Shown: one piece after another, positions 1-8,344 of the stretch | How the letters are laid out: every line of letters begins with the position of its first letter | Numbering within the stretch: position 1 is the stretch's first letter | Source of the DNA: an uncultured Actinomycetes bacterium | Lineage (GTDB): Bacteria; Actinomycetota; UBA4738; HRBIN12 | Direction of reading: 5' to 3' | Assembly (NCBI GenBank): GCA_963736335.1 | Contig: CAVTOC010000006.1 | Span: 650,140 to 714,139, forward strand | Length of the DNA stretch: 64,000 nt | Position numbers and translations under genes: made by a program | Notes under the pieces: model-generated | Told to the model about the DNA's origin: nothing | The model's database searches: none | The model's input: the letters and a program-made list of their open reading frames with translations, nothing else

Positions 1-3000
1 GTTCCGTTGGAACCGACGAACACCTTGACGATCGCGCCGTTCGCCGACGTACGCAGCCGGAAGAGATCGATGTTCGTCCCGGCCGTCACGTTCACGCTCA
101 GGCTGGTGCACGCGCTCATGACCGGCGAGGCGAGATCCTTGTACGCCGACGCGCTCTGACTCGTCACCTGGGCCCGGGCACTCGGCGCTGTTGGACTGCC
201 GGTCGCGTTGTCGATCGTGAGGCGCGTGTTCGACGTCCAGTTCGAGAAGTTCCCGCTCGAGAAGTCGTCGGCGAAGATCGCCGAAGCGGCGGAGGTCACC
301 AGGATCGGAGCCGAGGTCACGCTCTTCGCGCTCGGATTCGCGACGGAGTCCACCGCATCCACGGTGTAGGTGTGCATCGTGCCCGGTGTGAGTCCGGGGT
401 CGGTGAACGTCGTCGAAGTGGTCGACCCGACCGGCGTGGAGCCGCCGTCACGGTACACGCGGTACGTGATCGGCGGAGACGCATCCGTGGACGCGGACCA
501 TGTGATCTGGATCGTGCCCACCGAGGGGCTGGTCCCGCTCGGTTGGCCAGGGACCGTCGGCGGGGTGGTGTCGGGCGCCTGGTTCTCACCCGGCGCCGTA
601 TCCACTCGCACGTTGTCGTAGTTGACGGTGAAGGTCTTCGCCGCCGTATCGCCGATCTGGACCCGCCCGATCCCCGTCGTACCCGTGTTCGTCGCCCAGG
701 CGTTCACGATCTTGACGCCGTCGCGATAGAGGTCCCACGTGGTGTTCGATCCGACCGTGCCGCAGAGTTCCACGCTGTGGAACCCCGTGCCCATCTGGAC
801 GCCCGAGCTGAACGACGTCGCCGCGAAGTCCGAACGGATCTGCAGCGTGCCGTTCGTTGCCACGAACACCTTGATGATCGCGCCGTTCGTGGCCGTGCGC
901 AGGCGGAACAGGTCGATGTTGCTCCCTGAGATCACATTGACGTTCAGGCTCGTGCATGCGGTCATGACAGGCGACGCCAGGTCCTTATAGGCGGACGCGC
1001 TCTGATTCGTCACCTGGGCCCGCGCGCTCGGCGCGACCGGAGACCCGGTCGAGTTGTCGATCGTGAGCCGCGTGTTGGACGTCCAATTCAAGAAGTCGCC
1101 GGCGGAGAAGTCGTCGGCGAAGATCGGCGGCGCAGCGCCGCTGCTCACCGTCGCCGTATCCGAGACGGGCGAGCCGGCCTCTGAGCCGTCGTTCGGCGTC
1201 ACCGTGACGACGATCACGTCGCCCGGATCGCCGTTGCCGGCGGCCGACAGGTCGAGCGAGTCGGTCGAGGCCGACGTCGTCGTGGTCCGCTTGAGCGTCC
1301 CGTTGACGGTCCACGCGTACGTGAACGACACCGCGTCGGTGTCGGCGTCGGTGCCGACGGCGGTCGCCTGGAGCACCGCGTTCGTCCCGGGCGTGTGACT
1401 GTCCAATGCGACGGTGGCGCTCGGAGCCGTGTTACCCACCGTCACGGGCGCCGACGTCACCGGCGAGGAGTTCGCGGTTCCATCGTTCGCGGTGACCCGA
1501 AGGCGGATCAGATCTCCCTTGTCGCCCCGGCCCGCGATGGACATGTCGAGGACGGCTGCCGTTGCACCGGCGATGTCTGTGCCGTTCCGCGTCCACTGGT
1601 AGCCCAGCGTGAGAGGGTTGCCGTCCGCGTCGTGGGCGGCGACCGTCGCGCTCAGCGTTGCGTTCGTCCCGGGCGATGACTGATCGATCACCACGGAATC
1701 GACGACGGGCGGGGTGTTCGCCGGCGGCGCACCGCTGAAGACCGCATAGCGCTGCTGGTTGACGCCCGTCACGATCGTGAAGCCGCCGCCGACGTAGAGC
1801 CGGTTCCCCTGGGCGATCATCGCCACGACCGCGATGTTGGTGTTGACGGTCGGCGTCCAGTCGGCCCGGAGCGCACCCGTGTTGGGGTTGAAGGCGGCGA
1901 GCCGGCCACGCGGTTGTCCCGACATGTTGTCGAAGTGGCCACCGGCGTAGACGACGCCTCCCATGTAGGCGACGTCGGTGACGTCACCGTCACCCTGGGC
2001 AAGCCAGAGCTGGGCACCGGTGTTGATATCGAACGCGACCACCTGGTTGCCGCCCGCGCCGGTTCCGACTCCCACGAACACCCGTCCGGGGCCCTGCGCG
2101 ATGCCCTGCGATGCGTCGCTCGGATGGCCGCTCCACGGGAGCATCGTGCCCGTCGTGGCGTCGAGCGCTGCGATGAAGTTGCTCGGAGCACCGCCGACCG
2201 TTGTGAAGTCCCCGACCACGATGATCCGGCCGTCCGGAGTGACAAGCATGTCGCGAGGCGACTGGTCGACGCTCGGATCCCACGTCGTGAGCGATCCGTT
2301 CGTCGCGTCGAAGGCCGCGAGTCGAAGGCGGGCCGTGTTCGATCCACCCTGACCTGCAACTGAGGTGAACTGACCCCCGACGTAGACGCGGTTTCCCAGC
2401 GTCACGATCGTGCGGACCAACGAACTCACCGTCGGGCTCCAGGAACGGACGGCGCCCGTGGTTGCGTCGATCGCCGCGATCCTGGTTCGGGTGAGCGTCG
2501 CGACGTGCTTGAACTGCCCACCCGCGTAGATCGTGGTTCCGTCGGGAGACGCGGCCAAGGCCTGGACGACACCGTCGGCGCCCGGGTCCCACGCCATCGG
2601 CTGGCCCGTGGTGGCATCGATCGCAGCAAGGTATTGGCGCGGGACGATCTCGCCGTTGTGTCCGAGGAGCTGCGTGAAATCGCCACCGATATAGACGACG
2701 TTTCCGACGCGGACCAATGCGTTGACCCGGCCATTGACCTGGAACGTGCTGTCGGGGACGGCCGACACGACGGCCGCGGAGACCACCGTTGCCGCGGAAA
2801 CCAGCGTGCCCGAGACGGTGCCGTCGTTCGGAGTGACCTCGACCGAGATCGCGTCGCCATCGTCGCCGTTCCCGGCGACGCTGAGGTCGAGGCTATCGGT
2901 CAGGGACGCCGTCGCAGCCGTGGTCTTCACGACGACGCCATTCACCTTCCACACGTACGTCGATGTCACCCCGTCCCCGTCCGCGTCGACAAGGGTGGCC

Positions 3001-6000
3001 GTCGCCGTAACCGTTTGATTGGTGCTCGGCGGCGCCGGACTGAGCACCACGGTCGCGATCGGCACGGAGTTCTGCACCGTGACAGCCGAAGACGTCACCG
3101 GCGTCGAATCGTTCACACCGTCGCTCGCCGTCACCCGCACACTGAGCTGGTCGCCCCGATCGCCATTGCCGACGGTCCCGAGGTTGAGCGTCGAGCCAGT
3201 GGCACCGCCGATCGGCGAGCCGTTCTTGAGCCATTGGTACGAGAGCGTGACCGCCTGGCCCTCCGGGTCGTGGCTGGTCACGGTGGCCGTGATCGTCTGG
3301 TTCGTGGTGGGGGCCGCGGGGTTCACCACGACGGAATCCACGACCGGTGGCGTGTTCGGCGGCGCACCGTGCACGGACGCCGTGCCGGAGTCGGTGAACG
3401 TCGCTCCCGGGATCGGGATGAACTGCCAGTCGTAGCTGGAAGGATGGAGCGTCAACTTCATCACGCCGAACGACACATTGTCCCTGACCTCGGTGTTCGG
3501 CTGGTTCTGCGTGAACGCCTGGTGGCTCTCGCCGCCGGTCCCGACCACGAACTCCTTGATGCCGTACGTCGAGTTGGCCACACCGGTCGCCGTCTGAGGG
3601 GCGAACCGCTCATACCCGTGCGCGTGCCCGTTCAGGACGATGTCGGCGCCGAAATCGTACAGAGCCTGCCAGATGTCCTGCATGAATGTGTTGTTGGCGT
3701 TGCTGCTGAACAGGGGCTTGTGCCACATCGCGATCACGTTCTTGTCAGCGTTGGCGGCAAGATCGGCTCGGAGCCACTGTTCTTGTGGAGAGCCAGCCTG
3801 GCATCCTCCGACCTGCGCACACTCGCTGTTCAACACGACGACGTGCCAGTGCGAGTCCACGTCATAGCTGTAGTAGCCGGTCGATGGGCTCCCCGCTGCC
3901 GCGCCGAAGTATCCGAAGTACCCTGCGGCGTTCGCCGTGTTGTACTCGTGGTTCCCGCTCACCGGACGCGTGCGAGCTAGGAACTGACCCCATGAGGCGC
4001 CGTAGCAGTTCTGGAACTCCGTGAGCGTTCCGTTCGGATACACGTTGTCCCCCAGCGTGAAGACCTGACCGGGGATCTGATCGACGAGCGCGGCGGTTGC
4101 CTCATCGGTGACGTTGGCGCAATCGGCGATGTCACCTGCGCCGACCAGGACGGGGTCGCCGGCGGTCGGCGTCGCGATGACTTCGTTCGACGCCGTCGAG
4201 GCGTTCGACGATTGATCGATGGCCGTGACAACGTAGTAGTAGTCCGTCCCGCCGGTGACGCCAGTGTCGGTGAAAGACGTTCCGCTCACGAGGGTTCCGC
4301 CGTTCACGGGGGTCCCGTTGACCGACACGCCGGGCGACGTCGCCCGATACACGTTATACCCGGCGAGGTCGGGCTCGGAGTTCGGGTTCCACGTCAAGGA
4401 CACCTGGCCCCCGCCCGCCATCGCGACCAGGCCTTGCGGCGGCGTGGGCGGTGAGGAGTCGGGGTTGAACGGCGCGCCGTTCACCCACGCCGGGGCGTTG
4501 ACGGCCGTGCCGTTGATGCCGGAGCCGGACGAGTCGGTGACGATCGAACCCGTGCCCTCGTTCATCCCCCACCGACCGATCAGCCCTTGGGCCGATGGGA
4601 TCTCGAGGTTGCGGCCTGCCTGGATCTGCGACTGCGTGCGTGCCACGTTCCAGATCCGAGCCTCATCGACCACGCCGGCGAAGAAGCCGTCGGCGACTCC
4701 TGTCGAATTCATCGCGGTGCCGATAGCGGCATGCTGGATCGAGTCGGAGCGGGGGAAGTTCCCGACGGCCAGGACGCCGTCGGCGTTCCCGTCCAGGTAG
4801 AGGTGCCATGCCGAGCCGTCGTAGGTCGCGGCGGCATGGTGCCACACGTTGGACGTGACGACCGTGTTGCCGAATATCGGGTGGTTCAAGCCGGGGGTCG
4901 GCTGACCCGCGCCCTCCTCGAAGTCGGCGACGAGCTTGCCCGTGGCGGAGTCGATACCCAGGAAGTAGTTCATATCGACGTTGGAGCCGTCGTTCTCGGA
5001 GCGCCCCTTCGTGAGCAGTGGGATCGCGCTCGGGACGCCGCCGCTCCCGGTGCTCGTTCCGACGCCCGCGCCGGTCCGCTTGAACCAGAGCTCGAGCGTG
5101 AACGTGGACGAATCGAGGCCGGGGGCCGCCCCGAACGTCACGTACTGGTTCGTCCCATTCAGTTGCAGGCCGGAGCTCGGCGCGGTAGGCGTCGCGCTCG
5201 CTTCGTTCGACGCGCCTGACGCGTTGTTCGACGTGTCGACGGCCGTGACGATGTAGTAGTAGGTCGTGCCGCCGATGACGCTACTGTCGGTCAGCGACGT
5301 GCCGGTCAGGAGGATCCCGCCGTTCAGGGGGAGGCCGGCAACCGGAACTCCTGGCGTCGTCGACCGATAGACGTTGTAGCCGGCGAGGTCGACCTCGCTG
5401 TTCGCGCTCCACGAGAGCCCCACGTTCCCGGCCCCAGGTGTCGCGACCAGGTTCTGCGGCGCGGCGGGAGCGGTGGTGTCGGAGCTGATGGGGAAGCCCG
5501 CGACCCAGGTGGGCCCGGCGGTAAGCGTGCCGGTGTTGCCGCCGCCGGATGCGTCGGCGGTGGTGGTACCGGATCCTTCGTTCATGTGCCAGAGACCGGC
5601 AAGGCCCGCCGTCGCGCCGATCTCGGTGTTCATCGTCGACTGGATCTGTCCCTGCGAGCGCGCGGTGCTCCAGATCCGCGCCTCGTCGATCTGGCCCTGG
5701 AAGAAGCCCGCGGCCACACCTGCGGTGGTGAGGGCCGAGCCGATGGCGGTCGCGGACGTCACCGCGGTGTTGGCCGGCGCGTTGATCGCGAGCGTCTTGT
5801 CGAGGTTGCCGTCGAGGTAGAGGTTCCACGTCGTGCCGTCGTAGGTGGCTGCGGCGTGGTGCCACACGTTCGAGGTGACGACCGTCGTGCCCGTCACGGG
5901 ATGGTTGAGACTCGGTGAAGCGCCGCTCTGGGCCTCCTCGAAGTCCGCGACCAACTGACCGGTCGTGGCGTCGATGCCGAAGAAGTAGTTGATGTCGGCC

Positions 6001-7322
6001 GCAGCGGTCTCGGCCTCGGCACGGCCTTTCGTGATGAGGGGGATCGCCGACGCGATGCCGCCCGTGCCGGTACTCGTCCCGACACCGGCTCCGGTCCGCT
6101 TGAACCAGAGCTCGACGGTGAACTGGGAGGATCGAAGCCCCGGAGAAGCTCCCATCGTGACGTACTGGCTGCTGCCGTTCAGCTGGATGGCTGAGTTGGT
6201 GACGACCTGCGGCGTCGCGGTGACCTCGTTCGAGGAAGCAGAACTGTTCCCGGAGGTGTCCACCGCGGTGACGACGTAGAAGTACGGGGTCCCGGGAGTC
6301 CCGGTCAGATCGGTATAGGTGGTCCCGACCTGCGGCGTCGCACCGTTCAGCGGCGTACCGCTCGTCGGCACGCCGGCGGACGTCGCCCGATACACGTTGT
6401 AGCCCGCCAGGTCCGCCTCGGTGTTCGCGCTCCACGACATGTTCACCGCGCCGGGCGACCCTCCTGCGGTCAGGTTCAGCGGAGCCGCTGGGGGCGTCGT
6501 GTCGAACGGAGCGCCGGCGACCCAGGTGGGCCCGGCGGTAAGCGTGCCGGTGTTGCCGCCGCCGGATGCGTCGGCGGTGGTGGTACCGGATCCTTCGTTC
6601 ATGTGCCAGAGACCGGCAAGGCCCGCCGTCGCGCCGATCTCGGTGTTCATCGTCGACTGGATCTGTCCCTGCGAGCGCGCGGTGCTCCAGATCCGCGCCT
6701 CGTCGATCTGGCCCTGGAAGAAGCCCGCGGCCACACCTGCGGTGGTGAGGGCCGAGCCGATGGCGGTCGCGGACGTCACCGCGGTGTTGGCCGGCGCGTT
6801 GATCGCGAGCGTCTTGTCGAGGTTGCCGTCGAGGTAGAGGTTCCACGTCGTGCCGTCGTAGGTGGCTGCGGCGTGGTGCCACACGTTCGAGGTGACGACC
6901 GTCGTGCCCGTCACGGGATGGTTGAGACTCGGTGAAGCGCCGCTCTGGGCCTCCTCGAAGTCCGCGACCAACTGACCGGTCGTGGCGTCGATGCCGAAGA
7001 AGTAGTTGATGTCGGCCGCAGCGGTCTCGGCCTCGGCACGGCCTTTCGTGATGAGGGGGATCGCCGACGCGATGCCGCCCGTGCCGGTACTCGTCCCGAC
7101 ACCGGCTCCGGTCCGCTTGAACCAGAGCTCGACGGTGAACTGGGAGGATCGAAGCCCCGGAGAAGCTCCCATCGTGACGTACTGGCTGCTGCCGTTCAGC
7201 TGGATGGCCTGGTTCCCCGCGGCGGATGCCGGCGATGAAGGCAGGATCACTGCCAGCAGTGCGGTGGACAGGAAGAAGGCGAGCAACCGAGCTCTCAAGG
7301 TTGTGGCAGACCGGGTCTTCAA
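1..7322 (-). CDS. Giant secreted multidomain protein; C-terminal end lies beyond the window (>2,440 aa). Order: signal peptide; 3 x (LamG-like + FN3); calcineurin-like metallophosphoesterase; Ig-like modules; beta-propeller; further LamG-like/FN3 modules
   Basis: Not in the supplied ORF track because it has no in-window stop. Manual minus-strand translation from TTG at 7322 (AAAGGGA 7 nt upstream) gives MKTRSATTLRARLLAFFLSTALLAVILPSSPASAAGNQAIQLNGSSQYVTMG... The same frame (first codon base = 2 mod 3) was spot-checked at 7322, 4565, 3728, 2051 and 371 and reads sensible, Arg-poor protein each time. I did not scan every codon for stops. Confidence 0.85.
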   Translation of the reverse strand, partial: MKTRSATTLRARLLAFFLSTALLAVILPSSPASAAGNQAIQLNGSSQYVTMGASPGLRSSQFTVELWFKRTGAGVGTSTGTGGIASAIPLITKGRAEAETAAADINYFFGIDATTGQLVADFEEAQSGASPSLNHPVTGTTVVTSNVWHHAAATYDGTTWNLYLDGNLDKTLAINAPANTAVTSATAIGSALTTAGVAAGFFQGQIDEARIWSTARSQGQIQSTMNTEIGATAGLAGLWHMNEGSGTTTADASGGGNTGTLTAGPTWVAGAPFDTTPPAAPLNLTAGGSPGAVNMSWSANTEADLAGYNVYRATSAGVPTSGTPLNGATPQVGTTYTDLTGTPGTPYFYVVTAVDTSGNSSASSNEVTATPQVVTNSAIQLNGSSQYVTMGASPGLRSSQFTVELWFKRTGAGVGTSTGTGGIASAIPLITKGRAEAETAAADINYFFGIDATTGQLVADFEEAQSGASPSLNHPVTGTTVVTSNVWHHAAATYDGTTWNLYLDGNLDKTLAINAPANTAVTSATAIGSALTTAGVAAGFFQGQIDEARIWSTARSQGQIQSTMNTEIGATAGLAGLWHMNEGSGTTTADASGGGNTGTLTAGPTWVAGFPISSDTTAPAAPQNLVATPGAGNVGLSWSANSEVDLAGYNVYRSTTPGVPVAGLPLNGGILLTGTSLTDSSVIGGTTYYYIVTAVDTSNNASGASNEASATPTAPSSGLQLNGTNQYVTFGAAPGLDSSTFTLELWFKRTGAGVGTSTGSGGVPSAIPLLTKGRSENDGSNVDMNYFLGIDSATGKLVADFEEGAGQPTPGLNHPIFGNTVVTSNVWHHAAATYDGSAWHLYLDGNADGVLAVGNFPRSDSIQHAAIGTAMNSTGVADGFFAGVVDEARIWNVARTQSQIQAGRNLEIPSAQGLIGRWGMNEGTGSIVTDSSGSGINGTAVNAPAWVNGAPFNPDSSPPTPPQGLVAMAGGGQVSLTWNPNSEPDLAGYNVYRATSPGVSVNGTPVNGGTLVSGTSFTDTGVTGGTDYYYVVTAIDQSSNASTASNEVIATPTAGDPVLVGAGDIADCANVTDEATAALVDQIPGQVFTLGDNVYPNGTLTEFQNCYGASWGQFLARTRPVSGNHEYNTANAAGYFGYFGAAAGSPSTGYYSYDVDSHWHVVVLNSECAQVGGCQAGSPQEQWLRADLAANADKNVIAMWHKPLFSSNANNTFMQDIWQALYDFGADIVLNGHAHGYERFAPQTATGVANSTYGIKEFVVGTGGESHQAFTQNQPNTEVRDNVSFGVMKLTLHPSSYDWQFIPIPGATFTDSGTASVHGAPPNTPPVVDSVVVNPAAPTTNQTITATVTSHDPEGQAVTLSYQWLKNGSPIGGATGSTLNLGTVGNGDRGDQLSVRVTASDGVNDSTPVTSSAVTVQNSVPIATVVLSPAPPSTNQTVTATATLVDADGDGVTSTYVWKVNGVVVKTTAATASLTDSLDLSVAGNGDDGDAISVEVTPNDGTVSGTLVSAATVVSAAVVSAVPDSTFQVNGRVNALVRVGNVVYIGGDFTQLLGHNGEIVPRQYLAAIDATTGQPMAWDPGADGVVQALAASPDGTTIYAGGQFKHVATLTRTRIAAIDATTGAVRSWSPTVSSLVRTIVTLGNRVYVGGQFTSVAGQGGSNTARLRLAAFDATNGSLTTWDPSVDQSPRDMLVTPDGRIIVVGDFTTVGGAPSNFIAALDATTGTMLPWSGHPSDASQGIAQGPGRVFVGVGTGAGGNQVVAFDINTGAQLWLAQGDGDVTDVAYMGGVVYAGGHFDNMSGQPRGRLAAFNPNTGALRADWTPTVNTNIAVVAMIAQGNRLYVGGGFTIVTGVNQQRYAVFSGAPPANTPPVVDSVVIDQSSPGTNATLSATVAAHDADGNPLTLGYQWTRNGTDIAGATAAVLDMSIAGRGDKGDLIRLRVTANDGTANSSPVTSAPVTVGNTAPSATVALDSHTPGTNAVLQATAVGTDADTDAVSFTYAWTVNGTLKRTTTTSASTDSLDLSAAGNGDPGDVIVVTVTPNDGSEAGSPVSDTATVSSGAAPPIFADDFSAGDFLNWTSNTRLTIDNSTGSPVAPSARAQVTNQSASAYKDLASPVMTACTSLNVNVISGSNIDLFRLRTATNGAIIKVFVATNGTLQIRSDFAATSFSSGVQMGTGFHSVELCGTVGSNTTWDLYRDGVKIVNAWATNTGTTGIGRVQIGDTAAKTFTVNYDNVRVDTAPGENQAPDTTPPTVPGQPSGTSPSVGTIQITWSASTDASPPITYRVYRDGGSTPVGSTTSTTFTDPGLTPGTMHTYTVDAVDSVANPSAKSVTSAPILVTSAASAIFADDFSSGNFSNWTSNTRLTIDNATGSPTAPSARAQVTSQSASAYKDLASPVMSACTSLSVNVTAGTNIDLFRLRTSANGAIVKVFVGSNG
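848..1137 (-). repeat. Diverged module repeat (about 847-bp period) shared with 1-290
   Basis: Bases 1-24 (gttccgttggaaccgacgaacacc) align with 848-871 (gtgccgttcgttgccacgaacacc), and similarity continues for about 290 bp. Both encode FADDFSxGxFxNWTSNTRLTIDNxTGSPxAPSARAQVTxQSASAYKDLASPVMxACTSL.VNV..G.NIDLFRLRT..NGAI.KVFV..NG. Confidence 0.7.
1730..2760 (-). other. Beta-propeller-like repeat region inside the giant protein
   Basis: About 8 reiterations of a roughly 45-aa unit of the form V(Y/F)xGGxFt...r..lAA(I/F)DAtTG....W.P (for example VYIGGDFTQLLGHNGEIVPRQYLAAIDATTGQPMAWDP; VYVGGQFTSVAG...LRLAAFDATNGSLTTWDP). Confidence 0.6.
3400..4160 (-). other. Calcineurin-like metallophosphoesterase domain inside the giant protein
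   Basis: Ordered motifs in the manual translation: GDIADC, GDNVYPNG, GNHEYN, MWHKPLFSS, NGHAHGYERF. Confidence 0.8.
4480..5180 (-). repeat. Diverged third LamG-like module of the same gene
   Basis: Translation ...GLQLNGTNQYVTFGAAPGLDSSTFTLELWFKRTGAGVGTSTGSGG...VWHHAAATYDGSAWHLYLDG...FFAGVVDEARIWNVARTQSQIQ... parallels modules 1 and 2 but carries many substitutions at DNA level. Confidence 0.7.
5500..6191 (-). repeat. Exact intragenic repeat, copy A (LamG-like module 2)
   Basis: See copy B. The 692 bp appear 100% identical, while the flanking FN3-coding segments (6192-6516 versus 5230-5499) are clearly diverged. Confidence 0.85.
6517..7208 (-). repeat. Exact intragenic repeat, copy B (LamG-like module 1 of the giant protein)
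   Basis: Offset of exactly 1017 bp to copy A. ORF-track peptides in several frames are identical between copies (5549-5731 = 6566-6748; 5586-5918 = 6603-6935; 5894-6085 = 6911-7102). Boundaries were found by base comparison: identity starts at 5500/6517 and ends at 6191/7208. Confidence 0.85.
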
Positions 7323-7566
7323 GGTCGATCCCTTTCGTCGGGGCCCCTCAGGGTCTTGTGCTCGTGCGCATGTGGAGGTCGAGCGGGGTGGACGAGCCCA
7401 TGCTTCTTTGCCGTTGACACGCGTCGGAGAGATGCCGAACGATCGGACATGTGGGTGGATCCTCCCGGGGGGAAGTCGTACGGGCTGGAGCCGTCCGAGC
7501 GGAGCCCCTTCGTCTTCGTCGTCGATGGCCACCGCGGGTGACGTAGTCCACCCGAGTGGTCATCCG

Positions 7567-7589
7567 TAGTTAGGAAGGTTGAGTTTCCA
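7567..7589. promoter_or_regulatory. Possible spacer-variant of the ROK-locus operator, in the leader of the giant gene
   Basis: The minus strand reads TGGAAACTCAACCTTCCTAACTAC. It shares GGAAAC and TTCCTAACTA with the 21639-21654 site (AGGAAACTTTCCTAACTA), but the half-sites are 7 nt apart rather than 1 nt. Confidence 0.25.
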
Positions 7590-7656
7590 TCACCCGGGAC
7601 GACGACGCATCGGGCTTTGGTCGTAGGCCACAGGTCGGTGCCGAGGTGGACGCCGA

Positions 7657-7686
7657 GAAGCTCGGGGCATCGGAGCCCCGAGCTTC
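7657..7686 (-). terminator. Stem-loop downstream of the 84-aa ORF
   Basis: GAAGCTCGGGG (7657-7667) pairs perfectly with CCCCGAGCTTC (7676-7686). It lies 28 nt past the stop at 7714. There is no U-tract. Confidence 0.45.
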
Positions 7687-7713
7687 GTGGTTCGACGTCT
7701 GGTGGTTGAGCGG

Positions 7714-7968
7714 CTAGATGCGCGCCCGCCCCACGCACGTCTCACCGGTCGACGGGTTCGTCGCCTTCGCCACGAACTTGTCCACACCGGTCGAATCGCT
7801 GGGACGGCGGCGGACCGTGAACGAACCGCTCGCCCCCTGCGTCACGCGCGTGCCGGTGAAGATCCGCGAGCTGTTCTGCCTGATCTGGACGTACCAGGAC
7901 TGACCGCTCACGTTCGAGTCGACCTCGAACTCCAGCTCCAGGCTGCTGTTGTCCGGCTCGAGCTTCAT
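7714..7968 (-). CDS. Small hypothetical protein, possibly an N-terminally truncated fragment
   Basis: The 84-aa ORF MKLEPDNSSLELEFEVDSNVSGQSWYVQIRQNSSRIFTGTRVTQGASGSFTVRRRPSDSTGVDKFVAKATNPSTGETCVGRARI has a non-shadow composition. The in-frame upstream peptide ...RAQSEWK continues to a TGA with no alternative start and no signal peptide. Confidence 0.5.
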   Translation of the reverse strand: MKLEPDNSSLELEFEVDSNVSGQSWYVQIRQNSSRIFTGTRVTQGASGSFTVRRRPSDSTGVDKFVAKATNPSTGETCVGRARI

Positions 7969-8113
7969 CTTCCACTCGCTCTGCGCCCGCAGCTGCCTCC
8001 GGCGTCGAGCATGTCGGGGACGCTCTCAGCATGCGGCCAAGACTGGGAAAAGGGACCGATAACCCCCTCGGCGTTCTCGGCCGCGTTCATGAGCAACCGG
8101 TACGCTGCTCGGC

Positions 8114-8208
8114 GGAGGCGTCAGGGTTCCTGGTGGGCCCCGCGGTCTTCAACACCGTTGTGGGGGCGCAAGCTCCCAGGCGGGTTCGATTCCCGTCCGC
8201 CTCCGCCA
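8114..8208 (+). tRNA. selC: tRNA-Sec (anticodon UCA)
   Basis: Folded by hand; 95 nt including the encoded CCA. Acceptor GGAGGCG/CGCCTCC (7 bp plus U.C at the 8th position). 6-bp D stem GGGTTC/GGGCCC. Anticodon stem GCGGT/ACCGT with loop CTTCAAC (U33, UCA, A37). 7-bp variable arm TGGGGGC/GCTCCCA closed by GCAA. T arm GCGGG-TTCGATT-CCCGT. Discriminator G. Confidence 0.85.
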
Positions 8209-8344
8209 ACGTTCAGTCATACCCGGGTTGACCTGCGCGGGGCTCTTCTCGGCTTGGCCTTGCCATCAGCGGTGTCGTAGAGCTCGAGGACGCCTCCTCA
8301 TCCAACGACGCCTTGTGAACAGCACACTCCATGCTGACTCCGGC

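Noticed and set aside
2505-3980. 491-aa plus-strand ORF (with many smaller ones at 370-7569) overlapping the giant gene
   Set aside because: It is extremely Arg/His/Gly-rich with no recognisable motifs, and it is antisense to a frame that encodes clear metallophosphoesterase and propeller sequence. This is a typical high-GC shadow ORF.
5281-6882. 533-aa minus-strand ORF listed in the track over the LamG repeats
   Set aside because: It is on the same strand but one base out of frame with the real gene. The peptide is an Arg/His-rich repeat (…HRRRIRRRQHRHAYRR…), whereas the neighbouring frame gives LamG/FN3 sequence.
5500-7208. Template/variable repeat pair of a diversity-generating retroelement
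   Set aside because: The two copies show zero mismatches (no adenine-specific variation), are 692 bp long, and no reverse transcriptase is present in the window.
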